From an uncultured Chloroflexia bacterium (GTDB lineage: Bacteria; Chloroflexota; Limnocylindria; Limnocylindrales; CSP1-4), in assembly GCA_963746845.1 (NCBI GenBank), contig CAVVCZ010000004.1, positions 384,001 through 448,000 on the forward strand: 64,000 bases of DNA, read 5' to 3'. The notes under the pieces were generated by a model. That model searched no databases. It was not told the origin of the DNA and saw nothing but the letters and a program-made list of their open reading frames with translations. How positions within the stretch are numbered: the stretch's first letter is position 1; each line of letters starts with the position of its first letter. The position numbers and the translations under genes are program-made. Of the stretch, positions 54,074-64,000 are shown piece after piece.

Positions 54074-55575
54074 TCGCGACCGCTCCGGGCCTGCCGGCGA
54101 TCCTCGGCCCGATCCGTCCCCGCCCGCGCTGGCGCGAGACGCGTCTGCTGCTGATCGTCGCGGCCGCGATCGTCGTCGGCAGCGTGTCGCTCGCGCTGAC
54201 GAGCCAGGTCGCCGATCCCGGCGAGTCGCACGGTCTGAGCCTCGCGAACCCACTCCACGTCGCGATCTACCTCGCCCTGCTGGCCGTGGCCCACCTGACG
54301 CTGGTCCTGTCCGGGCGTCGGGTCGACGAGATCCTCCTGCCGACCGCGGCGATGCTCGGCGGGATCAGCCTGCTCCTGATGGAGCGGCTGCCGCAGGACC
54401 AGGTCGTCCAGACGGTCGGGCCGTGGCAGCTCGGGCTCGGCGACATCCAGCTCGCCTGGCTCGTCCTGTCGTTCGGTCTGGCGACGATCCTCGCGGTGAC
54501 CGTCCGAAGCGACGGCTGGCTGCGTCTCTACAAGTACACCTGGGCGGCGGCGGGGATCGCGCTGCTGCTCGCCACGTTCGTGTTCGGCGACGACATCAAC
54601 GGCCAGCGACTGAGCCTGACGATCGGACCGGTGACCGGCCAGCCGGCCGAGCTGCTGAAGGTCATCCTCGTCGTCTTCCTCGCCGGCTACCTGTCCGAGA
54701 ACCGGCCGCTGCTCGTCGAGGAGTCGACCCGGATCGGCCCGATCAAGCTGCCGCCCCTGCCGTTCCTCGCCCCGATGGCGGCGATGTGGGCGATCGCCCT
54801 CGCGATCGTCGTCCTCCAGCGGGACCTCGGCGCGGCGCTTCTGTTCTTCACCGTGTTCCTGAGCCTGCTGTACATCGCCACCGGACGCGTCGGCTACGTG
54901 ATCGTCGGGATCCTGCTGTTCCTCGCGGGCGCGTACGTCATGTACCTGATCTTCCCGACGGTCCAGACCCGCGTCGACATCTGGGTCGACCCGTTCCGCA
55001 GCCCGACCGGCAGTGGCTACCAGATCATCCAGTCGCTGTTCGCCTTCGGCCGCGGCGGCCTCCTCGGAACCGGTCTCGGGGCCGGGCTGCCGACCGTCGA
55101 CGGCAACCTGCCGATCCCTGCCGTCCACACGGACTTCCCGCTCGCCGCGCTCGGCGAGGAGCTCGGGATGGTCGGGGTGACCGCGATCCTCGGGCTCTTC
55201 CTGGTGATGGTCGAGCGTGGGCTGCGGATCGCCGCCTCCGCCGCGGACGAGTTCCGTGCGCTCCTCGCCGCGGGTCTTGCGCTCGTGATCGGCACCCAGG
55301 CGTTCATCATCGCCGCCGGCAACCTGAAGCTGATCCCGCTCACCGGGATCACGCTCCCGTTCATCAGCTACGGCGGCTCCTCGCTGCTCGTCAACGGGAT
55401 CATCATCGGCTTCCTCCTCGCCCTTTCCGATCACGGGGTCGAGCCGCCGCCACCGCCGCGTCCGCGGGGCCGGCTCGCCCGCCTCACCGGCCGGGTCGCC
55501 CGCCTCGAGACGCCGGCCGCCGGTCGTGCGCCGATCCCGCCCCTCCACGCCGGCGACGGCGGAGGCGTCCGATGA
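54070..55575 (+). CDS. rodA: SEDS family protein (FtsW/RodA/SpoVE)
   Basis: QPAELLK, QRDLG, GYQI, HTDF and TGITLPFISYGGSS motifs. Confidence 0.88.
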   Translation: MIATAPGLPAILGPIRPRPRWRETRLLLIVAAAIVVGSVSLALTSQVADPGESHGLSLANPLHVAIYLALLAVAHLTLVLSGRRVDEILLPTAAMLGGISLLLMERLPQDQVVQTVGPWQLGLGDIQLAWLVLSFGLATILAVTVRSDGWLRLYKYTWAAAGIALLLATFVFGDDINGQRLSLTIGPVTGQPAELLKVILVVFLAGYLSENRPLLVEESTRIGPIKLPPLPFLAPMAAMWAIALAIVVLQRDLGAALLFFTVFLSLLYIATGRVGYVIVGILLFLAGAYVMYLIFPTVQTRVDIWVDPFRSPTGSGYQIIQSLFAFGRGGLLGTGLGAGLPTVDGNLPIPAVHTDFPLAALGEELGMVGVTAILGLFLVMVERGLRIAASAADEFRALLAAGLALVIGTQAFIIAAGNLKLIPLTGITLPFISYGGSSLLVNGIIIGFLLALSDHGVEPPPPPRPRGRLARLTGRVARLETPAAGRAPIPPLHAGDGGGVR

Positions 55576-55621
55576 CCGAGGAAGAGCGCCCGATGACCGA
55601 GGAAGAGCGCCCGATGACCGA
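55569..55621 (+). repeat. 21-bp tandem duplication spanning the pbpA start
   Basis: (ccgATGaccgaggaagagcgc)x2 plus ccgATGaccga. Confidence 0.9.
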
Positions 55622-57164
55622 CGTCCAGGACGAACCCGCGGTCGCCGACGCGGCGGACGAGCCGGTCGGTCCGACGCGACGGCAGGCGGCCCGGCCCGCG
55701 CCCCTCGGCCGGACGATCGGCCACGTCGGGCTGGCCCTCACCGTCGCCTTCGCCGGCCTCGCCCTCGGCGCCGGATACTGGCAGGTCGTCCGCTCCGCGG
55801 ACCTCACGACGGACCCGACGAACCCGCTCGTCATCGCCGCCGCCCGGAACGTCGTGCGCGGGACGATCGTCGACCGCGACGGGAAGGTCCTCGCCTCGAA
55901 CGCGCGGGACAAGGCCACCGGCCAGCCGTACCGCGTCTACAGCAGCGACGCGTTCAGCGCGGTCATCGGGTACGCGTCGCGCCAGTTCGGGACCGCCGGC
56001 CTCGAGCGGGCGTTCAACGCACAGCTGACCGGCATCTCCAACGGCAACCCGATCGGCGACGCCCTGCGCAAGTTCGAGATCGACCCGTACGACCCGCAGA
56101 AGCTGACCCTGAGCCTGTCGACCCGGCTGCAGCGGGCGGCGGTCCAGGGGCTCGGCTCGGACCGTGGCGCCGTCGTGATGCTCGATCCGCGGACCGGTGA
56201 GATCCTCGCCATGGCCTCGACGCCCACCTTTGACAACGGTGCCGTCGCCAACCCGGCGACGGCCGCCGATGCCTTCGCCGCCCTGCGGGTCGACAAGACC
56301 CAGCCGCTGCTCAACCGGGCGACCCAGGGCCTGTACGTCCCGGGCTCGGTGTTCAAGATCGTCACCGCGATCGCGGGCCTCGGGTCGGGCGCCATCGACC
56401 CAGACACGACCTTCCCCGAACAGCCGAAGGCCGAGAAGTCCGGGCTCGTCGTGTCCGGCTTCCGGATCCGCGAGCACCCGGGCGTCCCGAGCAAGAGCTT
56501 CGATCTCGAGGCCGCCACCGAGTGGTCGTCGAACATCTGGTACGCGCTGGCGGGTCTCCGGACGGGCGGCCAGGATCTCGCCGACGTCGCCGGTCGCATG
56601 GGGTTCGGGCAGACGCTCGCCTTCGATCTGCCGACGGTCCGGTCCCAGGTGAGCGGCGGCGGCGCCGGCCCGGGTGGCTTCGCGGACGACGTCGAGCTCG
56701 CGAACGCCGCGTACGGCCAGGCGAAGACCCTCGTGACCCCGCTCCAGATGGCGCTGGTCGCCTCGACGGTCGCGAACCACGGGATCCTCATGCGGCCCCA
56801 CCTCGTCATCGCGACGAGCGGCCGTGACGGGACGAAGAACGTCGCCCCGTCCGAGATGGCCCGGGTGATCACGCCGGGGGACGCCGCCTCGATCACCGCG
56901 GCGATGCAGGGGGCGGTCGAGAGCTCCATCGGACGGCAGTTCACGACCGGCGCGAAGGTCCGCGGCGTCCCGACGGCGGGCAAGTCGGGCACCGCCGAGC
57001 TCGGCGGCACCGGGGCGCCCCACTCGTGGTTCATCGGGTTCGCACCAGCGGACGACCCCCAGGTCGCGATCGCGGTGATCGTGGAGCGTGGTGGCCGCGG
57101 CGGCGCCCGGGCCGCGCCGCTCGCGGGTGACCTGCTCAGCCTCTACTTCGCGCTGAACCGATGA
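55572..57164 (+). CDS. pbpA: Class B penicillin-binding protein (PbpA-like)
   Basis: RGTIVDRDG; SVFK (SxxK), SSN and KSG(T) motifs. Confidence 0.88.
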   Translation: MTEEERPMTEEERPMTDVQDEPAVADAADEPVGPTRRQAARPAPLGRTIGHVGLALTVAFAGLALGAGYWQVVRSADLTTDPTNPLVIAAARNVVRGTIVDRDGKVLASNARDKATGQPYRVYSSDAFSAVIGYASRQFGTAGLERAFNAQLTGISNGNPIGDALRKFEIDPYDPQKLTLSLSTRLQRAAVQGLGSDRGAVVMLDPRTGEILAMASTPTFDNGAVANPATAADAFAALRVDKTQPLLNRATQGLYVPGSVFKIVTAIAGLGSGAIDPDTTFPEQPKAEKSGLVVSGFRIREHPGVPSKSFDLEAATEWSSNIWYALAGLRTGGQDLADVAGRMGFGQTLAFDLPTVRSQVSGGGAGPGGFADDVELANAAYGQAKTLVTPLQMALVASTVANHGILMRPHLVIATSGRDGTKNVAPSEMARVITPGDAASITAAMQGAVESSIGRQFTTGAKVRGVPTAGKSGTAELGGTGAPHSWFIGFAPADDPQVAIAVIVERGGRGGARAAPLAGDLLSLYFALNR

Positions 57165-57394
57165 CCGACGCGCCCGATCCGGAGGCGACCGCGTCAGCCG
57201 CCGAGGAGGCGCCCGGCCCCCGGCCGTGGCTGGAGCGGATCGGGCTGGCGGCGATCGCGGTCGTCATGAGCGCGCTGTTCGCGGTCGTGGCCCTGGCGGC
57301 CGGTTCTGGCGGTGAATGGATCCTCGCCGCGATGAGCGCCGTCGGGGCGTTCGTGACGATCGCGGTCGGCCTGGCGACGCTCGTCCGGGGCTGA
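57161..57394 (+). CDS. Small two-TM membrane protein
   Basis: ATGA-coupled to pbpA; two hydrophobic helices. Confidence 0.65.
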   Translation: MTDAPDPEATASAAEEAPGPRPWLERIGLAAIAVVMSALFAVVALAAGSGGEWILAAMSAVGAFVTIAVGLATLVRG

Positions 57395-57452
57395 TCGGCG
57401 GGCTCCCGCACGCTCGCGCGGGCGTGCGCCCGGGGATTTCGAACGATCTGGC

Positions 57453-57472
57453 TCTCCGTGACGTCATGGAGA
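57453..57472. promoter_or_regulatory. Near-perfect 20-bp palindrome upstream of the moxR promoter
   Basis: TCTCCGTGACGTCATGGAGA; -10 TACTAT at 57544-57549. Confidence 0.5.
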
Positions 57473-57604
57473 CACAGGAGGGTGATGCTGCACGTCGTGA
57501 CTGCGATCAAGAGGCGGCCCGAACCTCAACGAGCGTCGCAGCGTACTATCCGTCAAACCCCCCGGGAGCCCGACGTCCCGTCCGCCCCACCCCCGAGGAG
57601 CCCG

Positions 57605-58609
<1,005 letters not shown>

Positions 58610-58658
58610 GGGAGCCTGCCACGAGCAGAGGACGACGCGCGATCGACGCGGGAACCCG

Positions 58659-59915
58659 ATGATCCGTCGCTTCCAGCTGATCCTCATCGCGGCGATCCTG
58701 CTGATCGCCGCGTTCTCGACCGAGCTCGAGTTCCTCTTCTACCTCGTCTACCTCGCGATCCTCGTGATCGGCGGGTCGTACATCCTGACCCGCCTCGGGC
58801 TCGCCGACCTGGAGGCCGGCTACGCCGTCAGCCAGCTGACCGGCCACGTCGGCGACCGGCTCCAGATCACCTACACGCTCCGCAACACGAGCCGCCTTCC
58901 CAAGCCCTGGCTCGAGGTCCACAACCCCACGACGCTGCCGGGCGGTCTGCCCGGCCGGGCGATCGCGCTCGGGTCCCGGGCCGAGCGCTCATGGCTCGTC
59001 CGGGCTCCTCTGATGCGGCGCGGCCACTTCCGGGTCGAGCCGCTCCAGATCCGGACCGGCGACCCGTTCGGCTTCTTCGAGGCGTCGGCGTCCGTTGGAC
59101 AGGGCGTGGCGGTGGTGGTCTATCCGCGGATCGACAAGCTCCCGTTGTGGCGGCTGCCGGCCGCGAGCATCGAGGGCAGCCACTCGGCGCCCGAGCGCAC
59201 CCTCCAGACGTCGCCGCTGGCGACGGCGGTCCGGCCGTACGCACCCGGCGACAGCTTCAACCGGATCCACTGGCGGTCGACCGCGCGCCACGGCGAGATC
59301 CAGGTCAAGGAGTTCGAGCTCGAGCAGACCGCCGACGCGTGGATCTTCGTGGACCTGGAGCGATCGGTGCAGGGCGGGCGCGGCGAGGAGTCGACCGTCG
59401 AGATCGGCGTCCGCGCCGCCGCATCCATCGCGGACAAGGCGCTCCTCGAGAACCGCGCGGTCGGCCTGACGGTCAACGGTCATCGCCAGGCGATCGTCCC
59501 GGCGGACCGCGGCGGCCGCCAGCACCTGAAGATCATGCAGCTGCTCGCGGCCGTGGACGGCGACGGCACGACGCCGCTCGCCGAGTCGCTCGTGGCGGCG
59601 GCGGGCCGGCTCCGGCGCGGCATGACCGCGATCATCATCACGCCGTCCCTCGATCGCGGCTGGGTCCGCCCGATCGCCGCGCTCCGGACCCGCGGCATCG
59701 CATCGGTCGTCGTGACGCTCGATGCCGCGGCCGCGGACCGGATCGACCGCGCGGAGCGGCGCCGCACCGGTGACACGGTCGCCGAGCCCACCGACGCGGC
59801 CGAGGAGCAACGCGCGCAACGGGCGCGGGCGCTCCGCCACGCACTCGCCGAGTACGAGCTCCGGGTCTACGCGCTCAGTCCTGGCCGCTCGCTCGCGGAG
59901 GCCCTGGGCGGATGA
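58659..59915 (+). CDS. DUF58 domain-containing protein
   Basis: DPFGFF, VYP, RPY.PGD..NRIHWRSTAR and VKEFE motifs. Confidence 0.9.
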   Translation: MIRRFQLILIAAILLIAAFSTELEFLFYLVYLAILVIGGSYILTRLGLADLEAGYAVSQLTGHVGDRLQITYTLRNTSRLPKPWLEVHNPTTLPGGLPGRAIALGSRAERSWLVRAPLMRRGHFRVEPLQIRTGDPFGFFEASASVGQGVAVVVYPRIDKLPLWRLPAASIEGSHSAPERTLQTSPLATAVRPYAPGDSFNRIHWRSTARHGEIQVKEFELEQTADAWIFVDLERSVQGGRGEESTVEIGVRAAASIADKALLENRAVGLTVNGHRQAIVPADRGGRQHLKIMQLLAAVDGDGTTPLAESLVAAAGRLRRGMTAIIITPSLDRGWVRPIAALRTRGIASVVVTLDAAAADRIDRAERRRTGDTVAEPTDAAEEQRAQRARALRHALAEYELRVYALSPGRSLAEALGG

Positions 59916-62224
59916 TCGAACGGCTTCGTCTCGGTCTCTTCCGCAGCCCGCCCCAGGGCTGGCTCAGCCTGTTCCTCGTCGCGGTCCTCGCGGTCACGGT
60001 CGCGTGGTCCCTCGACGACGCGGCGCTCGTCCTCGGCCAGCGCGACTGGACCGACTTCCTCGCCTGGGCGTCCCTCGGCGGCGTGGCCGTCGCGTTCGTC
60101 GGGGCGCGGGTGGGCTGGAACCGGCCGCTCGCCCACCTCATCGGGGCGATCTTCGCGGCGCTGATCGTGTCGATCATGGTCGGCAACGTGCTGGTCGCGC
60201 ACGCCTCGCCGGGCGTCGCCTTCCGGGCGACCGCCGATGCGGCGACGAACGCGATCATCGACTTCGCGGTCCGGGCGCTGCCCGTGACCCGCGAGACCGG
60301 TCACTACCTGCTCGCGTTGGGGCTCCTGTGCTGGGCGAACGGGATGTTCGCTGCCTCCGCGGTGTTCCGCCAGAGCCGGCCTGTCGGCCCGATCGTCGTC
60401 CTCGGCGCGGTCCTCGTCGCGAACATGTCCGCGACCGTCCACGACCAGATCTGGTTCCTCGTCCTGTTCTCGCTCGCGTCCCTGTTCCTGCTGATCCGGC
60501 TCCACGCCCTCGAGGAGCGCGCGACGTGGATCCGCCGCCGGATCGGTGACCCGGCGATCGTCGGCTCGCTCTACCTCCGCGGCGGGACCGTCTTCATCAT
60601 GATCGCCGTCTTCCTCGCCCTGGCCCTGACCGCGAGCGCGCGATCGGCGCCCCTCGCCGGCTTCTGGGAGGACGCCAAGCCGGCCCTCGTCGACATCTCC
60701 CAGTGGCTCCAGCGGATCATCCCGGCGGCCCCGGACAGCAAGACGATCGGCGTGCCGGCCTTCGGGAGCCAGGTCGTGATCGGCGGGCTGTGGTCGACAT
60801 CCGACGAGCCCGCCCTCCAGATCCGACGGCCCGCCGGCGATGACCGGGCGATCTACTGGCGGGCGACGACGTACGACACGTTCACCCTGCGTGGCTGGAC
60901 GACGTCGATCCCGAAGACGGATGAACGAGCCGCCGGCAGCGACCTCCTGGCCGGGACGCTCGACGCGATCCCGCCGACCTCCGCGCGGACGACCGAGCCG
61001 TTCCAGGTCACCCCCCAGAGCTCGTTGTTCCGGGTGGCCTTCAGCCCGATCGACCCGGTCTCGATCGATCGGGATGTGACCCTGAGCCTCGTGGGAGACG
61101 ACGGGTTCCTGCAGTCCATCCAGATCGACGGACACGGCTCGTACGTCGTGAACGCGGCACTCCCGAAGATCGCCGATGTCGCGGGCGGTCTGACCGACAA
61201 CCGGCTGCGCGCCGCGGGAACGAACTATCCACTCGGGATCACCGCGCGCTACCTGTCCGTGCCGATCGACGCGATGGGTCCGGCCGCCAACCAGCTCTAC
61301 AACGACATCATCGCCCGGACGAAGGCGGCCGGCCGGACGACGCCGTTCGACATCGCCACGGCCATCGTCAACGAGCTCCACAGCTCGACGTACCGCTACG
61401 ACACGAACGTGCTCGGCGTGTGCGACCGCGATCCGAGCATCGTCGAGTGCTTCGCCGCCCACAAGGTCGGCTTCTGCGAGCACTACGCCAGCACCATGGC
61501 GATCTTCCTGCGCAGGGCCGGGGTCCCGGCCCGGCTCGTCGAGGGCTTCCTCCCGGGCGACCTCGACACGGCGACCGGCATCGAGAACATCCGGACGGGC
61601 GGCGCCCACGCCTGGGTCGAGGTGTACTTCCCGGCCTACGGCTGGTGGATGTTCGACCCGACGGGCGGCTCGGTCTCCCAGAACGCGCCGAAGCTGCCCG
61701 AGGGCACGATCGTGCCGCTTCCCTCGGTGACCCCGTTCCCGTCCTTCGGACTGGCGAGCATCGGCCCGGACGACCGCGGCGCCGACTTCAGCCGGCGACC
61801 GGGGGCGGTGGCGGCCGGGACGACGTCCGGCGGCCCGTCGGCCGGGATGCTCGTGATCATCACGATCGTCCTCCTCGGATCCGTCCTGCTGCTGGCGTTC
61901 CTCGCCTGGCGGCGCGGTCCGCGCAGCGCGTCCACGCCCGAAGGGGTCTACGCCTCGGTGACATCGCTCGCGCGACGGTTCGGGTTCGGTCCGCGGCCCA
62001 CCCAGACCGCGTTCGAGTACGCGACGGCGCTCGGCGACATCCTGCCGGGCGTCCGGCCGGAGCTCCAGACCGTCGCCACGGCGAAGGTCGAGGTGGCCTA
62101 CGGACGGCGCGAGCTCGGCGAGGACCGGATCCGGGCGCTGCGCGACTCGTACCGCCGGCTGCGCGTGAGCCTGCTCCGGCTCGCCTTCCGACGCGGCGAT
62201 CGGAAGAAGATGCGGAAGGGCTGA
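59912..62224 (+). CDS. Transglutaminase TgpA family membrane protein
   Basis: N-terminal TMs; YWR, GFCEHYAS, HAWVEVYF and FDPT catalytic triad motifs; DUF4129-like tail. Confidence 0.9.
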   Translation: MIERLRLGLFRSPPQGWLSLFLVAVLAVTVAWSLDDAALVLGQRDWTDFLAWASLGGVAVAFVGARVGWNRPLAHLIGAIFAALIVSIMVGNVLVAHASPGVAFRATADAATNAIIDFAVRALPVTRETGHYLLALGLLCWANGMFAASAVFRQSRPVGPIVVLGAVLVANMSATVHDQIWFLVLFSLASLFLLIRLHALEERATWIRRRIGDPAIVGSLYLRGGTVFIMIAVFLALALTASARSAPLAGFWEDAKPALVDISQWLQRIIPAAPDSKTIGVPAFGSQVVIGGLWSTSDEPALQIRRPAGDDRAIYWRATTYDTFTLRGWTTSIPKTDERAAGSDLLAGTLDAIPPTSARTTEPFQVTPQSSLFRVAFSPIDPVSIDRDVTLSLVGDDGFLQSIQIDGHGSYVVNAALPKIADVAGGLTDNRLRAAGTNYPLGITARYLSVPIDAMGPAANQLYNDIIARTKAAGRTTPFDIATAIVNELHSSTYRYDTNVLGVCDRDPSIVECFAAHKVGFCEHYASTMAIFLRRAGVPARLVEGFLPGDLDTATGIENIRTGGAHAWVEVYFPAYGWWMFDPTGGSVSQNAPKLPEGTIVPLPSVTPFPSFGLASIGPDDRGADFSRRPGAVAAGTTSGGPSAGMLVIITIVLLGSVLLLAFLAWRRGPRSASTPEGVYASVTSLARRFGFGPRPTQTAFEYATALGDILPGVRPELQTVATAKVEVAYGRRELGEDRIRALRDSYRRLRVSLLRLAFRRGDRKKMRKG

Positions 62225-62231
62225 CCGCCCG

Positions 62232-63113
62232 CTACAGCGCCCCCGACCGTGTCCGCTCCTCGGACGCGTCCCGGGCCGCCTCGTCGAGCAGGCCCGCGAG
62301 GTGCTCGGTCAGGTTCATCGCCCGGACGACCGGCCGGCCCGCCCGGACCTCGACGATCGAGATCCCGCACAGGTCGCTGGACCACATCCAGAACCGCTCG
62401 AGCGGCAGGTCGAACAGGGTCAGCAGGGCAACCTTGAAGACCCCGTCATGGCCGACGAGGATCGACCACGGGTGGGTCGCGGGGGCGTCGTGGTAGCCAC
62501 CGACCTGGGGTGCCATCAGCGTCCCGGGTGAGCCGGCGGAGGCGAGCGTCGCCAGCAGGTCCTCCAGACCGTCCATGACCCGCTCGCGAACCTCGACGAG
62601 GCGCTCCCCACCGGGCGCCCAGGTCTCGGTCGGGCGCTGCCGCCACGCGGCCAGGCGCTCGCCATCCATTTCCGCGATCTCGCTCGCGAGGCGGCCCTCC
62701 CATTCGCCCTGGCCGATCTCGACGAACCGGCCGTCGGCGCGGATCGGGACGCCGCCCCCGGCGCCTCCGGCACCGTCCGGCGTGGCGGCGATCGCCCGGC
62801 CGATCGCGACCGCGGTGTCCGCCGCCCGGGCGAGCGGCGAATGGACGATGGACCGCGGGTTGCCGACCGGGATCGGCAGCAGCGGCGGCTCGTGCGGACG
62901 GGCGAGCCGGGCGGCGACCCGCTCCGCCTGTGCCCGCCCGAGGGCCGACAGCTGCGACTCCAGCTGCCCCTGGAACCTGCGCTGGACGATCAGCTCGGAC
63001 TCGCCGTGGCGGACGAGGACGAGGGTGGCGTCGAGCCGATCGGGGATCGCAAGACGGACGCCGGCGGAGCCGCTCGACCCGGCCGGCCCGCCCGAACCCG
63101 CCGCGCCGCTCAG
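62232..63113 (-). CDS. Histidine phosphatase family protein (possible phosphoserine phosphatase), probable CTG start
   Basis: LVRHGES, HSPLARA..TA, EIGQGEWEG, PGGE and VGHDG motifs; frame open from CTG 63113 at the serA stop. Confidence 0.8.
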   Translation of the reverse strand: MSGAAGSGGPAGSSGSAGVRLAIPDRLDATLVLVRHGESELIVQRRFQGQLESQLSALGRAQAERVAARLARPHEPPLLPIPVGNPRSIVHSPLARAADTAVAIGRAIAATPDGAGGAGGGVPIRADGRFVEIGQGEWEGRLASEIAEMDGERLAAWRQRPTETWAPGGERLVEVRERVMDGLEDLLATLASAGSPGTLMAPQVGGYHDAPATHPWSILVGHDGVFKVALLTLFDLPLERFWMWSSDLCGISIVEVRAGRPVVRAMNLTEHLAGLLDEAARDASEERTRSGAL

Positions 63114-64000
63114 CGCTCGCGCCCCAGGCGGATTGTCCAGAGCTCGACCACGGACTCCTGGCCGCGGATCGCCTCCTCGACCTCGGGCGGGACGTCGTCG
63201 TCGAGGGCGAGGATCATCAGGGCGTCGGCCCGCGGGGCACTCCGCCCGACGTGCATCGCCGAGATGTTCACGTCGGCAGCGCCGAGCGTCTGCCCGATCC
63301 TGCCGATCATCCCGGGCCGGTCGTGATGGTGGGTGATCAGCATCACGTCGGTCGCCTCGATGTCGAGGCGGTACTCGTTGAGCCGCGTCAGGCGGATCTC
63401 GCCGGCGGCGACCGTGCCGGCGACCGTCGTCGGCCCGCCCCCGCCCCCGCCCTCGCCCGACAGGCTGAGCTGGGCGGCGAACGCGCCCGCATCCGGGCTC
63501 TTGCGCTCGACGACGGTGATCCCGCGCGCCTTGGCGAGCGACGCCGCATTGACGAGGTTGACCCGCTGCGTCGTCGACGTCTCGATCATGCCGCGCAGGA
63601 CCGCCGCCGTCAGCGGCGAGGCGTCGAAGGTCGCCAGCTCGCCGGAGATGTCGAGCGTGATCGTCCGGACGCCACCGTGCGCGAACTGGGCGAAGAACCG
63701 GCCGAGGAGCTCGGCGAGCGGGAGGTACGGGGCGATCGCCCGGGCCGTCTCGGGCGTGAGCAGCGGCGCGTTCACCGCATAGCGTGCCGGCCGCCCCGCG
63801 AGAACGTCGAGGACCTGGTCGGCGACCTCCTCCGCGACGAGGACCTGGGCCTCCGCCGTCGAGGCGCCAAGGTGTGGCGTCAGGAGCGTGTTCGGCGCGT
63901 CGAGGAGCGGGGAGCCGATGGGAGGCTCGGCCTCGAAGACATCGATCCCGGCGCCACCGAGATGGCCGCTCGCCAGCGCCTCGGCGACCGCCGCCTCGTC
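63110..64000 (-). CDS. serA: D-3-phosphoglycerate dehydrogenase (5' partial)
   Basis: GIDVFEAEP, TPHLGASTAEAQ, ASB domain (VNLVNA) and C-terminal ACT domain (DRPGMIG..G.TLG..DVNI). Confidence 0.92.
   Translation of the reverse strand, partial: DEAAVAEALASGHLGGAGIDVFEAEPPIGSPLLDAPNTLLTPHLGASTAEAQVLVAEEVADQVLDVLAGRPARYAVNAPLLTPETARAIAPYLPLAELLGRFFAQFAHGGVRTITLDISGELATFDASPLTAAVLRGMIETSTTQRVNLVNAASLAKARGITVVERKSPDAGAFAAQLSLSGEGGGGGGPTTVAGTVAAGEIRLTRLNEYRLDIEATDVMLITHHHDRPGMIGRIGQTLGAADVNISAMHVGRSAPRADALMILALDDDVPPEVEEAIRGQESVVELWTIRLGRER

Overview
High-GC bacterial chromosomal window of about 57 genes, mostly housekeeping and metabolic. Gene content and style suggest Chloroflexota, possibly Limnocylindria-like; this is inference only. 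In order: VWA protein (partial), DUF2269-like protein, class II aldolase and GNAT; an amine-utilisation region (APC permease, choline/ethanolamine kinase-like, metallophosphoesterase, GcvT-type flavo-oxidoreductase, hisN-like, DedA, FucA-like aldolase, class III aminotransferase, potABCD-like ABC); mrp/apbC; a putative cAMP module (class III cyclase-AAA, MBL-fold hydrolase, Crp) next to cinA; holin-like/DUF3618-like pair; tRNA-Leu(TAG); F420-dependent nitroreductase-like gene; tig-clpP-clpX; an XRE-HTH/nuclease-fold gene behind a structured, repeat-bearing 420-nt intergenic region; methyltransferase; Val T-box and valS; an alpha-glycoside ABC/GH38/GH13 locus; zinc-ribbon/FmdB/HTH/YihY genes; fhaA-fhaB-rodA-pbpA; moxR-DUF58-transglutaminase; histidine phosphatase; serA (partial). 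No CRISPR array, transposase or integrase was seen. Best leads: the HTH/nuclease-fold cassette with upstream structured DNA/RNA, apparent CTG initiation at CTGA stop-start overlaps, the cyclase/hydrolase/Crp trio, a two-TM insertion in the EAA loop of the PotB-like permease, widespread leaderless promoters, and three single-base frameshifts that are probably assembly errors.
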